Made by a program: the position numbers and the translations under genes
Source: an uncultured Victivallis sp.
Lineage (GTDB): Bacteria > Verrucomicrobiota > Lentisphaeria > Victivallales > GWF2-50-93
NCBI GenBank assembly: GCA_964600895.1
Contig: CAZRKP010000003.1
Location: 122,416 to 186,415, forward strand
Length of the DNA stretch: 64,000 nt
Reading direction: 5' to 3'
Shown: one piece after another, positions 31,719-40,167 of the stretch
Layout of the letters: each line of letters starts with the position of its first letter
Position numbering within the stretch: position 1 is the first letter of the stretch
Notes under the pieces: generated by a model
What the model was told of the DNA's origin: nothing
Database searches by the model: none
What the model saw: only the letters and a program-made list of their open reading frames with translations

Positions 31719-32732
31719 ATGAGAATCGCCGTAGATGCAATGGGAGGCGACAAAGCCCCCGACGTGGTGATTGAGGGTACTGCCGAGGCCCTGGAACTGT
31801 ATCCGCATATTGATATAGTTCTTGTCGGCCACCTGCAGAAGATCAACCCTCTTGTCAGGAATTACGGCCTGCAGAATCATCCACGCCTGACCCTTGTCCA
31901 TGCTGAGCAGGCAATTGCAATGGATGATCCATCCATTTCCGCCATAAGGGCGAAAAAGCATTCTTCCATGACCTTGTGCGCTGAACTCGTCCACAAGGGA
32001 GAGGCTGACGCGGTCGTGAGCGCAGGGCATACCGGCGCTGCCGTAGCAGCTACGACTTTCAGGATGAAACTGCTGCCAGGAGTTGAAAGGGCTGGAATCG
32101 CGACCATCATGCCTTCGACAAAGGGTCATTTTGTATTCATCGACGCCGGAGCCAACGTGGATTGCAAACCATTACATCTTGCCCAGTTCGCGGTGATGGG
32201 CGAAATATTCGCTAGATCCATGGGGGTTCATAGGCCCAAGATCGGACTGCTGAGCATAGGGGAGGAAGACGTCAAGGGAAACGACCTTACCAAGGAAGCC
32301 TTCAAGATGCTTTCCAGCATGCCTATTAATTTTATCGGCAATGTCGAGGGGAAACTGCTTTATGAAAGAATAGCCGATGTCGTCGTCTGCGACGGTTTCG
32401 TAGGCAACATAGTCCTGAAATCAAGTGAGAGCCTTGCAAAGGCCCTTTCATTCTGGATGAAGAAGGCCTTCAAGAAGAATCCTGTCCGCCAGGCCTGGGC
32501 GATACTCGCGACGAATGCATTCAAGGAACTGAAGGAGGTCGCAGACTACGAGGAATATGGTGGCGCCCCTCTTCTCGGGGTCAACGGCGTATGCATAATC
32601 GGCCATGGAAGTTCATCTCCCAAGGCCATCAAAAATGCAATTAGAGTTGCTGGAGAAATTGTAAAATTCAGGGTAAACGAGCATATTACTGAACGACTGG
32701 CTGAATGCGGAGTCGCAGTAAAACAACAATAG
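31719..32732 (+). CDS. plsX: Phosphate acyltransferase PlsX
   Basis: MRIAVDAMGGDKAP, SAGHTGA, DAGANVD, VVVCDGFVGN, YGGAPLLG. Confidence 0.97.
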   Translation: MRIAVDAMGGDKAPDVVIEGTAEALELYPHIDIVLVGHLQKINPLVRNYGLQNHPRLTLVHAEQAIAMDDPSISAIRAKKHSSMTLCAELVHKGEADAVVSAGHTGAAVAATTFRMKLLPGVERAGIATIMPSTKGHFVFIDAGANVDCKPLHLAQFAVMGEIFARSMGVHRPKIGLLSIGEEDVKGNDLTKEAFKMLSSMPINFIGNVEGKLLYERIADVVVCDGFVGNIVLKSSESLAKALSFWMKKAFKKNPVRQAWAILATNAFKELKEVADYEEYGGAPLLGVNGVCIIGHGSSSPKAIKNAIRVAGEIVKFRVNEHITERLAECGVAVKQQ

Positions 32733-32741
32733 TTACAGACC

Positions 32742-33731
32742 ATGAGCATAAAAATAATAGGCACAGGTTCCTACGTTCCTGAAAAGGTGATGACCAACCT
32801 CGACCTCGAGAAGATGGTCGACACGAGCGACGAATGGATACGTACAAGGACGGGAATTGTTGAAAGGAGGATAGCCGCAGAAGGCGAAGCTTCCTCCGAC
32901 ATGGCATGCAAGGCCGCGGTCCGGGCTATGGAGATGGCCAAAATCAAGCCTGACGACCTTGATCTTATTGTTGTCGCTACAATCACAGCTGACAGGATAA
33001 CTCCCAGCACAGCCTGCATTCTGCAGGGCAAGCTAAAGGCTCATAATGCAGCCTGCTTCGATCTTCAGGCTGCCTGCACTGGATTCCTATACTCTCTCGA
33101 AATAGTCAACGCACTTATGTCCACCAATCCTACATACAGGAAAGCCTTGATAATCGGCGTAGAAAAGCTTTCCATGCTGACAGACTGGAAGGATAGGAAC
33201 ACATGCGTCCTTTTCGGTGATGGCGCAGGTGCCGTCATCCTTGAAAAACGCATCGGCAAGCATGACATCGGCGGAATACTCGCCAGCAAGCTCGCTTCGA
33301 ATGGAAACTTTACTGAACTCATCAAGGTTCCTGCAGGCGGCTCGGCCATTCCTACAAGCGCCGAAACTATCAAAAAGAGAATGCATTATCTTTCCATGGA
33401 AGGACAGGAAGTATTTAAGCTTGCCGTGAATGAGATGGCAAAGGCATGCCAGGACGTTCTAGCAAGGGCGAAAGTCGATATTTCCGAAATTCGATGGCTC
33501 ATACCGCACCAAGCCAACCTCAGGATAATACATGCTGTCGGCAACAAGCTTGACATTCCAGTCGAAAAAGTATACATAAACGTCCACATGTACGGCAATA
33601 CCTCGGCGGCGTCCGTTGTAATAGCCCTTGATGAAATCGTCAGGACCGGAAAGATCAACCGTGGCGACTATGTCCTTCTCACGGCTTTCGGTGCCGGAAT
33701 CACCTTTGGCGCAAACCTTCTACGCTGGTAA
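32742..33731 (+). CDS. fabH: Beta-ketoacyl-ACP synthase III
   Basis: AACTGF (Cys), FGDGAGA, PHQAN, GNTSAAS. Confidence 0.97.
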   Translation: MSIKIIGTGSYVPEKVMTNLDLEKMVDTSDEWIRTRTGIVERRIAAEGEASSDMACKAAVRAMEMAKIKPDDLDLIVVATITADRITPSTACILQGKLKAHNAACFDLQAACTGFLYSLEIVNALMSTNPTYRKALIIGVEKLSMLTDWKDRNTCVLFGDGAGAVILEKRIGKHDIGGILASKLASNGNFTELIKVPAGGSAIPTSAETIKKRMHYLSMEGQEVFKLAVNEMAKACQDVLARAKVDISEIRWLIPHQANLRIIHAVGNKLDIPVEKVYINVHMYGNTSAASVVIALDEIVRTGKINRGDYVLLTAFGAGITFGANLLRW

Positions 33732-33757
33732 AAATTTTCCCTGGAAATTTTTACATA

Positions 33758-34096
33758 TTGGAATCCGTAATTTTGAACAAGAAAATACCATATCTCGCTG
33801 TAAATCTCATTGCTCCCGGCGTCGGACAACTGTTGGCGAAAAAATGGATCCTGGGTTCTTTGATGCTTTGCGGATCGATCTTGTGCATCCTCTGGTTCAC
33901 ATGGGAGGCAGTCTATCCCATTTACAGGAACATGATGCTTATATTGAACGGTTATGATATGGATTACAATATTTTCAATGTCAGAAACCTGATCCTCGCG
34001 CCGGTGTTCCTGATCCTGATCTGGATCATAAGCTATGTGGAGCTCATGATCAGCAAGGATGACGATGCTGGCAGTTCAAAGCCCGATTTGAAGTAG
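33758..34096 (+). CDS. Hypothetical membrane protein
   Basis: PGVGQL motif and 2-3 TM segments; start uncertain. Confidence 0.6.
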   Translation: MESVILNKKIPYLAVNLIAPGVGQLLAKKWILGSLMLCGSILCILWFTWEAVYPIYRNMMLILNGYDMDYNIFNVRNLILAPVFLILIWIISYVELMISKDDDAGSSKPDLK

Positions 34097-34104
34097 CCCG
34101 TATT

Positions 34105-35070
34105 TCAAAAAAGAAGATCAATTATCAGCGGACGATGATCTGAACCTATTACATCTCCCACTCTCCTTCCGGACACTGAAACATCCGGAGAGATCAGGCA
34201 GTGATCTATGGGAATAAGCATGAGCGGATTAATTGTCGGCCACGTAGGCTGGATCCCAAATCCTTTCATTGAATTCCTCATCCCGGACTCTTTCAGGAAC
34301 TTCTTGAAATGAAGCGACCACGGCGTGATGTTCAGATCTCCCGCAAGGATCCTTATCCCATTCTCATCTTTCAGCACCTTCGAGAAATATGCCAGTTCCA
34401 TATTTCTTGTCCTGGAATATTCGCCGTTCACAGGTGGCAGGGCATGCACCGCCCAGAACTTGACAGTTTTACCGCGGATTCCGAACACCGCCTCAACGTA
34501 GGGAAGTTTGAATTCTCCCCACATTTTGATTTCACAGTTTTCTGGACTGATCCTGCTGAACAGCGCTATTCCAAAATTATCCGATTGTGGAAAAGATATC
34601 TTATATTCAAACTCCTTGGCAAGCTCTTCCAGATTACGCATCCATTCCTGATCAACCTCCTCGAGGATCAGGATGTCAGGCGCTTCCTTTTTCACGGCAG
34701 AGATCAGGGCAACGTAGTTTTTGTTGGCTGTATGGACATTCGCAAACATGAGCCTCAATATCGGATTTCCATCTGCTTCTGGAACTGATGGCTGCAGGTA
34801 TAGAGGAATTATCTCGAACAGGTTAGGTATGATGAAAATGGAGATGATGGTGGCAGTCCAGTATCTTTTCAGCAATGCCAGCAAGATGGCGGAGAACACA
34901 ATTACCAGGGCATACTGCGGCCTGAAATGCGAACAGAGGTCGAAGATCCAGAAATATCCTCCGAGATATCCTATGGAAGTCAGAAGTGATGCAAATATTC
35001 CAATTCCCGTGATTAGCGATATAAAGGAGACCTTTGTTGCAAGGACCTCCCTGATCCTACCTGCCATCAT
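34105..35070 (-). CDS. Membrane-anchored endonuclease/exonuclease/phosphatase (EEP, YafD-like) protein
   Basis: Three N-terminal TM; ANV, LEE, GDLN, PIDH, GSDHRP EEP motifs. Confidence 0.88.
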   Translation of the reverse strand: MMAGRIREVLATKVSFISLITGIGIFASLLTSIGYLGGYFWIFDLCSHFRPQYALVIVFSAILLALLKRYWTATIISIFIIPNLFEIIPLYLQPSVPEADGNPILRLMFANVHTANKNYVALISAVKKEAPDILILEEVDQEWMRNLEELAKEFEYKISFPQSDNFGIALFSRISPENCEIKMWGEFKLPYVEAVFGIRGKTVKFWAVHALPPVNGEYSRTRNMELAYFSKVLKDENGIRILAGDLNITPWSLHFKKFLKESGMRNSMKGFGIQPTWPTINPLMLIPIDHCLISPDVSVSGRRVGDVIGSDHRPLIIDLLF

Positions 35071-36101
35071 ATGACAACCCTGTTCCTGCCCTCCTCCTTG
35101 GCCTTGTAGAGATTCAAATCAGCATCATGGATGAGTTTCATGATATCCTGTTCCACCGATGAACTGATGAATCCGGAGGCCCCCCCTATGCTGACAGTGA
35201 CGGAGAAACTCATGGTGCTTCCGGTCTTTTCCTCCACATTGCTTCGGATCTTCTCACAGAGCGACACAATCGATTCAGGATCCTTGCAGTCGGCATAGAT
35301 TATGAACTCCTCGCCTCCATATCTTCCGATTATATCAGACTTGCGGATGCTTGAGCTGATTATAGAGGAGATGAACTTCAGGATTTCATCGCCCTTATGA
35401 TGCCCATACGTGTCGTTTATCTTCTTGAAATGATCGATGTCTATCATCAGGAAGCTAACCTTGAATTTCTTCCTTGATGCAAGGTATGCCACAGGATTGA
35501 CAGCGTTGAAGAACCCTCTCCGGTTGAGCAGTCCTGTCAGAATATCGCATGTATTTTCCTTGGCAAGGCGCCTGTTGTCCATCCAGAGAACCTCAAGCGT
35601 CTCTCCTAACATGTCGGCTTCAGAGATATTCTCCCCGTATTTCTTAAGACCTTCTATGAAATCTGCAATATGCCTGTCATATTCCTCCTCGATACTGTCA
35701 ACCCCTTCAAGGGTCCTGAATACGTGAAACATGGTCGCGAATTCGGGATTTATCATGAGGAATTCAAGCCGGTACGCAACTGGCAGGATCCGGAGGACAT
35801 CCGAGTAGTCTCCAATATCCTTGACCAGAAGAAGGACCTTCTCAAGCAACTTCTCGAATTTTTTCAATATGACCGCCGGGTCTTCAAATACATTTGGGAT
35901 CAGTTCTCTTTCGGCAAGCTTCTGGGCCCTGCTCCAAAATTCCACATGATCCCTTTCGTCCTTGGCAAGCCTGTTCCAGAACAGCTTCATTTTCTCATCG
36001 GAACAGGCGTTGGCCACCCTGTTATACAGCTGATAGGCCTGTGCATCTATCTTCAGACAGGTTTTTAAGATCTCTACGAGAAGCCTATTATTCTCTTCCA
36101 T
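35067..36101 (-). CDS. Diguanylate cyclase with N-terminal ferritin/rubrerythrin-like domain
   Basis: DILTGLLNRR, IDIDHFKKINDTYGH, RKSD I-site, RYGGEEF; N-terminal helical domain with DERDH. Confidence 0.88.
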   Translation of the reverse strand: MEENNRLLVEILKTCLKIDAQAYQLYNRVANACSDEKMKLFWNRLAKDERDHVEFWSRAQKLAERELIPNVFEDPAVILKKFEKLLEKVLLLVKDIGDYSDVLRILPVAYRLEFLMINPEFATMFHVFRTLEGVDSIEEEYDRHIADFIEGLKKYGENISEADMLGETLEVLWMDNRRLAKENTCDILTGLLNRRGFFNAVNPVAYLASRKKFKVSFLMIDIDHFKKINDTYGHHKGDEILKFISSIISSSIRKSDIIGRYGGEEFIIYADCKDPESIVSLCEKIRSNVEEKTGSTMSFSVTVSIGGASGFISSSVEQDIMKLIHDADLNLYKAKEEGRNRVVI

Positions 36102-36190
36102 ACATTGAATATTCCTATGAAAAAAGATATATTATATGTTTATATAAATTAGGCATTTAAGTTATTTTTTTCAATCTTTCAGGACAAGAT

Positions 36191-39100
36191 ATGCCCTTCA
36201 TTCGGAAAATAGGATTTATATGTCTGCTTTCGATAGTTGGTCTCGCGGCTGGCGCTGACATACTTGACGATATATTCGCCCGTTCTACAGATTCCCAGCG
36301 CAAACAGGCGGTAATCGATGCCAGAAACGGCAAGTATGACGAAGCTGTAAAAATCATCAAGAATGTGCTGGCTGAAACAAAAAACGCCCCTGACATCTTA
36401 TGCGACAGCATTGTCATTTTCAAATGGGCCGGCAAATACGAAGATGCATTGGACTCCTTCAGCAAAATCCCCAAGGACTACAAGATACCCGACGCGGTAC
36501 AGCTGGAAATGGCGGTCGTATATTATAAACTTGGAAAGCCGGCCGAAGCTGCACTTCTCTTTGAAAAATACCTGCCGAAAAACGAGAAGGACGTGAAACT
36601 CGTCGAAATGATGGTCCTGTCCTGTATTGATTCTGGAAATTCCAGCAAGGCGTTGGTTTATCTCGAAGATCGTTCAAAGTCTGAAAAGGAAATCCCCCAA
36701 TGGCTGAATGCCCTGATAATCAGGTCAAAGCATGGAAAGGCGGTAGAAACCGCCAGGGCCGGACGTCTCCAGGAGGCTATATCAAACCTCGGTGACCTGA
36801 TAACACAGACTGGAGACAGGAAGAGCATATATTACGATTATATTGTCATCCTCTCCTGGGATCGCCAGTATGAAGAAGCCATTAAGAAATATGCTGAGAT
36901 CTCGCAAAGGAATGACATTCCCGCCTATGCACTTCAATGCATCTTCAACTGTTATGATCAGCTGAAGGACAAGGAAGGAATGCTTGAGGTCGCCAAAAAA
37001 CTTGCCCTCTCGGCTCCATTGGATCAGAAAAACCTCCAGCTGATGCTCCAAAGCTGTGAACTTGCAAACAAACCTGAGGACGGTATAGCAACAGCAGAAG
37101 CCCTGATACGGAATTCACCTGATTCCAAGGAAACTGTGAATCCATTCCTGATGAAGCTGAAACTGATGCTGGCGGTCAAGCTTGCCAGGAACGGTGAACA
37201 TGCCAAATCTCTTGAAATCCTTGAAGGACTTCTGAAGGAAAATGAAAATGATGCTGCCATCATGTCCAACTATATTCTTGTGCTTTCTTGGGCGGGAAAG
37301 AAGGAGGAAGCTAAAAAGATTTACGATGAGTTTTTCAAGGACAGGAAGCCCCCCGAATATCTCGTCAAGGAAATGACTGGACGCGCACCTGAAAAGACGG
37401 TGTTGACTATAGAACCAAATGAATCCACCGCTCTAAAGGAATCTCCTGCGGACAAAACTGCGGTTCAGGACACTGCCGACACTGTTTTAAAATATCTTGA
37501 TTCTGGGAAGATCGACAAGGCCATAGATGAAGTTGCAGGAAAACTCTCAAACCTCAACGAGAAGAACAGGGATTACCTCAACAAGTCGATGTCAATGATC
37601 CGGGAAAAGGCCATACAGGCGGGAAGGAACGGAAAATGCGATGAGGCTATCGTCATAATCGACAAACTCCTTGGTCTTAACTATGAAAAGCCCTCCCTTC
37701 TCGCCGACAAAATCATCATAATGGTATGGGCTGAGGACTATGCCAGTGCGATTGATCTTTATTCCAGGTTCAAAGATACTTATGCTCCCAATGCTCATTT
37801 GCTCAATGCTGTGGGCACGGCTTACAGGAGGACCGGAAAATATCACGAGGCCATTGAATGCTATGAAAAATCCCTGGCATTGGATTCCGACAATCCAGAA
37901 TCAATAAAAGGCAAGGTCTTTTCCTTGGTGGGTGCCGGACAAAATGCCGAAGCGGAGACTTTCATTAAAAAGGAATCGGAAAAACTGCAGCCAACTCCAA
38001 AATGGTTGATGCTGCTTCCGTGTGAAGCCTGCATTGTTGGTGGAAGATATGATGATGCGGGACGCCTGCTCAAGGAATACCTTGGAAAAGATCCTGATGA
38101 TAAAGAAGCAAGGAAAATGCTGGTTGAAGTTCGGATCCATCAGAAGACAGGTCTTGACGAGGCGATGAAGATCACGGAAGATCTCATAAAGGACGATTCT
38201 TCAAATCAAGACCTGTTGTTCCTAAAGGTCACTCTTCTCCAACTTTCAAGGGAATATATTGCAGCATACGACTTCAACGAGAGGATCCTTTCCATCAACA
38301 AGTTCTACAGGCCATCGATAAATGCAAAGTATCACATCCTTCTTGACATGAAGGCAGCAATCCTCGCGGACCAGATGCTCAGGGAATCCGGCGACAATGT
38401 GTCATATGCCGTGAAGAAAAGGCTGATGGGCGATCTCGCCGCCGAACAGCTGTCATGGAAGGATTACAGGAAGGCCATACAGGTGATCGATGAGAATATC
38501 CAGACATATGACAAGTTCAAGGCCATTCCCGAAGCCGCAGAAGACGCCGAGACCCTGAAGCTGAGAGCCCGTTTTGACAGGATACTCGCCCTTTTCCAGG
38601 GCGAAAAGATGGCGGAGATAATAAAAGAATACGAATCATTGAAGGCAGATGGCATTGATGTGCCTTCCTGGCTCAGGCAGAACGTGGCCGCAGCCTATCT
38701 CTACTGCCGTCATCCCGATACCGCCCTCGCCATGTATAGGGAAATCCACGAGGAGCTCAAAAAAGACGGCATTGACAGGTATCCCGACAACTACATCGTC
38801 CTCCAGGGAATTTATTCATGTCTCATAGAGCTGGAAGACCAGAGCGCAGCATATGATATCCTCGAAGTCCTTGAGAAGGAGACACCGGCATACGCAAGGC
38901 CTACAGGTGTCTATACTGAAAATTCAGAGAAGCTGGATTTGGGGGTGGAAAGGGGATGGTGGTACATCTACAACGACCAGCTTCCTTATGCCGAGGAATA
39001 TCTTTCCGAACTCATTGAAAAGGCCCCCTACAATTCCAACATAAGGACTGCCATTGGCTACCTGCATTACTACCGTGGATGGTCGCGGCTGGCCCTCGAG

Positions 39101-40156
39101 GACTTCCAGATATCCACCGAGCTCGATCCCAACGACAAGTCGGCCCAGATAGGATTGGCCTACACCCTCAACGAAAACGATGAATGGGAGAAGGCAAGAA
39201 CTGTTGCCGCTGAACTCGCAAAGAAATATCCCGAGGATCTGGATGTAAAGGAGCTCCAGAGATCCTTCGAACTGCAGGAGAAGAGAACACTCACGGTCGA
39301 CAGCAACTATTCCAACGCCGGCAACTTCTCAGACGGATCCGGTGTCACGATGCGTCTGGAACAGCCGATATATCCTGAGAGGAAGATCTATGCTGAAACG
39401 CTATGGCTTTACACTTCACAGCCCAAGGATTCCAACCAGGAAGGAAAAAGAAGGAACATATTCCGTGGAGCCATAGGATTCGATTGGCGGCTCAGCAATG
39501 GCCTCTACATATTTGGAGAGGCTTCGCTGGACTATCACGCCAGAGAGCCTGGTTTCATGGCTGGTCTCAGATGGAAGCCGACAGATCATCTGACCCTGAG
39601 CGGCTTCTACAATTCATACACCCTCAACATGCCTCCCAAGGCCCTGCTCTTCGGAAAGAAGGGTCAGGAGGCCAATATCTCCGCAGAATACCGCTTCAGC
39701 GAGGATCTTATCGTGAATGCCGGATTTTCAAATGTATGGGTGTCTGACGGGAACATAAACCAGACCTATAGCTGGAAGATTGACAAAGGTATCTGGTCTT
39801 CGGCCTACTGGAAGTTCAGGATTGCTGTTGAAGGATCCACCACCACCAATACCAAGATCGACACAGACTATTATTCTCCCAGATACTATACCTCTGTATA
39901 TTTCGTCCCGATGGTTGAACATCTCTGGTACAGGCGCTATGAGACATCAATCGTAGACAGGCTTTTCCTGGGTATCGGCCCGCATTGGGAGAAGGATTAC
40001 ACATGCAAGGCACAATATTACCTGCGTTATGAGCAGGAATATCAGCTTACTGATTATTTCGGATTCAAGATTGGCGGAAAGATAGGCAAGGAAAGATACG
40101 GGGATGACAACCCATGCGCATGGGGATTCTATGGAAGCCTGATATTTAAGTTTTAA
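36191..40156 (+). CDS. pgaA: PNAG export porin PgaA, extended TPR version (1321 aa)
   Basis: Signal peptide; repeated ARxG..D-x-I-x-x-x-x-W modules; DRILAL..EY, W..Q.VAAAYL; C-terminal aromatic beta-barrel ending in F; first gene of pgaBCD. Confidence 0.85.
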   Translation: MPFIRKIGFICLLSIVGLAAGADILDDIFARSTDSQRKQAVIDARNGKYDEAVKIIKNVLAETKNAPDILCDSIVIFKWAGKYEDALDSFSKIPKDYKIPDAVQLEMAVVYYKLGKPAEAALLFEKYLPKNEKDVKLVEMMVLSCIDSGNSSKALVYLEDRSKSEKEIPQWLNALIIRSKHGKAVETARAGRLQEAISNLGDLITQTGDRKSIYYDYIVILSWDRQYEEAIKKYAEISQRNDIPAYALQCIFNCYDQLKDKEGMLEVAKKLALSAPLDQKNLQLMLQSCELANKPEDGIATAEALIRNSPDSKETVNPFLMKLKLMLAVKLARNGEHAKSLEILEGLLKENENDAAIMSNYILVLSWAGKKEEAKKIYDEFFKDRKPPEYLVKEMTGRAPEKTVLTIEPNESTALKESPADKTAVQDTADTVLKYLDSGKIDKAIDEVAGKLSNLNEKNRDYLNKSMSMIREKAIQAGRNGKCDEAIVIIDKLLGLNYEKPSLLADKIIIMVWAEDYASAIDLYSRFKDTYAPNAHLLNAVGTAYRRTGKYHEAIECYEKSLALDSDNPESIKGKVFSLVGAGQNAEAETFIKKESEKLQPTPKWLMLLPCEACIVGGRYDDAGRLLKEYLGKDPDDKEARKMLVEVRIHQKTGLDEAMKITEDLIKDDSSNQDLLFLKVTLLQLSREYIAAYDFNERILSINKFYRPSINAKYHILLDMKAAILADQMLRESGDNVSYAVKKRLMGDLAAEQLSWKDYRKAIQVIDENIQTYDKFKAIPEAAEDAETLKLRARFDRILALFQGEKMAEIIKEYESLKADGIDVPSWLRQNVAAAYLYCRHPDTALAMYREIHEELKKDGIDRYPDNYIVLQGIYSCLIELEDQSAAYDILEVLEKETPAYARPTGVYTENSEKLDLGVERGWWYIYNDQLPYAEEYLSELIEKAPYNSNIRTAIGYLHYYRGWSRLALEDFQISTELDPNDKSAQIGLAYTLNENDEWEKARTVAAELAKKYPEDLDVKELQRSFELQEKRTLTVDSNYSNAGNFSDGSGVTMRLEQPIYPERKIYAETLWLYTSQPKDSNQEGKRRNIFRGAIGFDWRLSNGLYIFGEASLDYHAREPGFMAGLRWKPTDHLTLSGFYNSYTLNMPPKALLFGKKGQEANISAEYRFSEDLIVNAGFSNVWVSDGNINQTYSWKIDKGIWSSAYWKFRIAVEGSTTTNTKIDTDYYSPRYYTSVYFVPMVEHLWYRRYETSIVDRLFLGIGPHWEKDYTCKAQYYLRYEQEYQLTDYFGFKIGGKIGKERYGDDNPCAWGFYGSLIFKF

Positions 40157-40167
40157 GGGGACATATA

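Noticed and set aside
36102-36190. Possible c-di-GMP riboswitch upstream of pgaA
   Set aside because: Short AT-rich spacer with no GGAAA/GC stem pattern; it looks like a divergent promoter.
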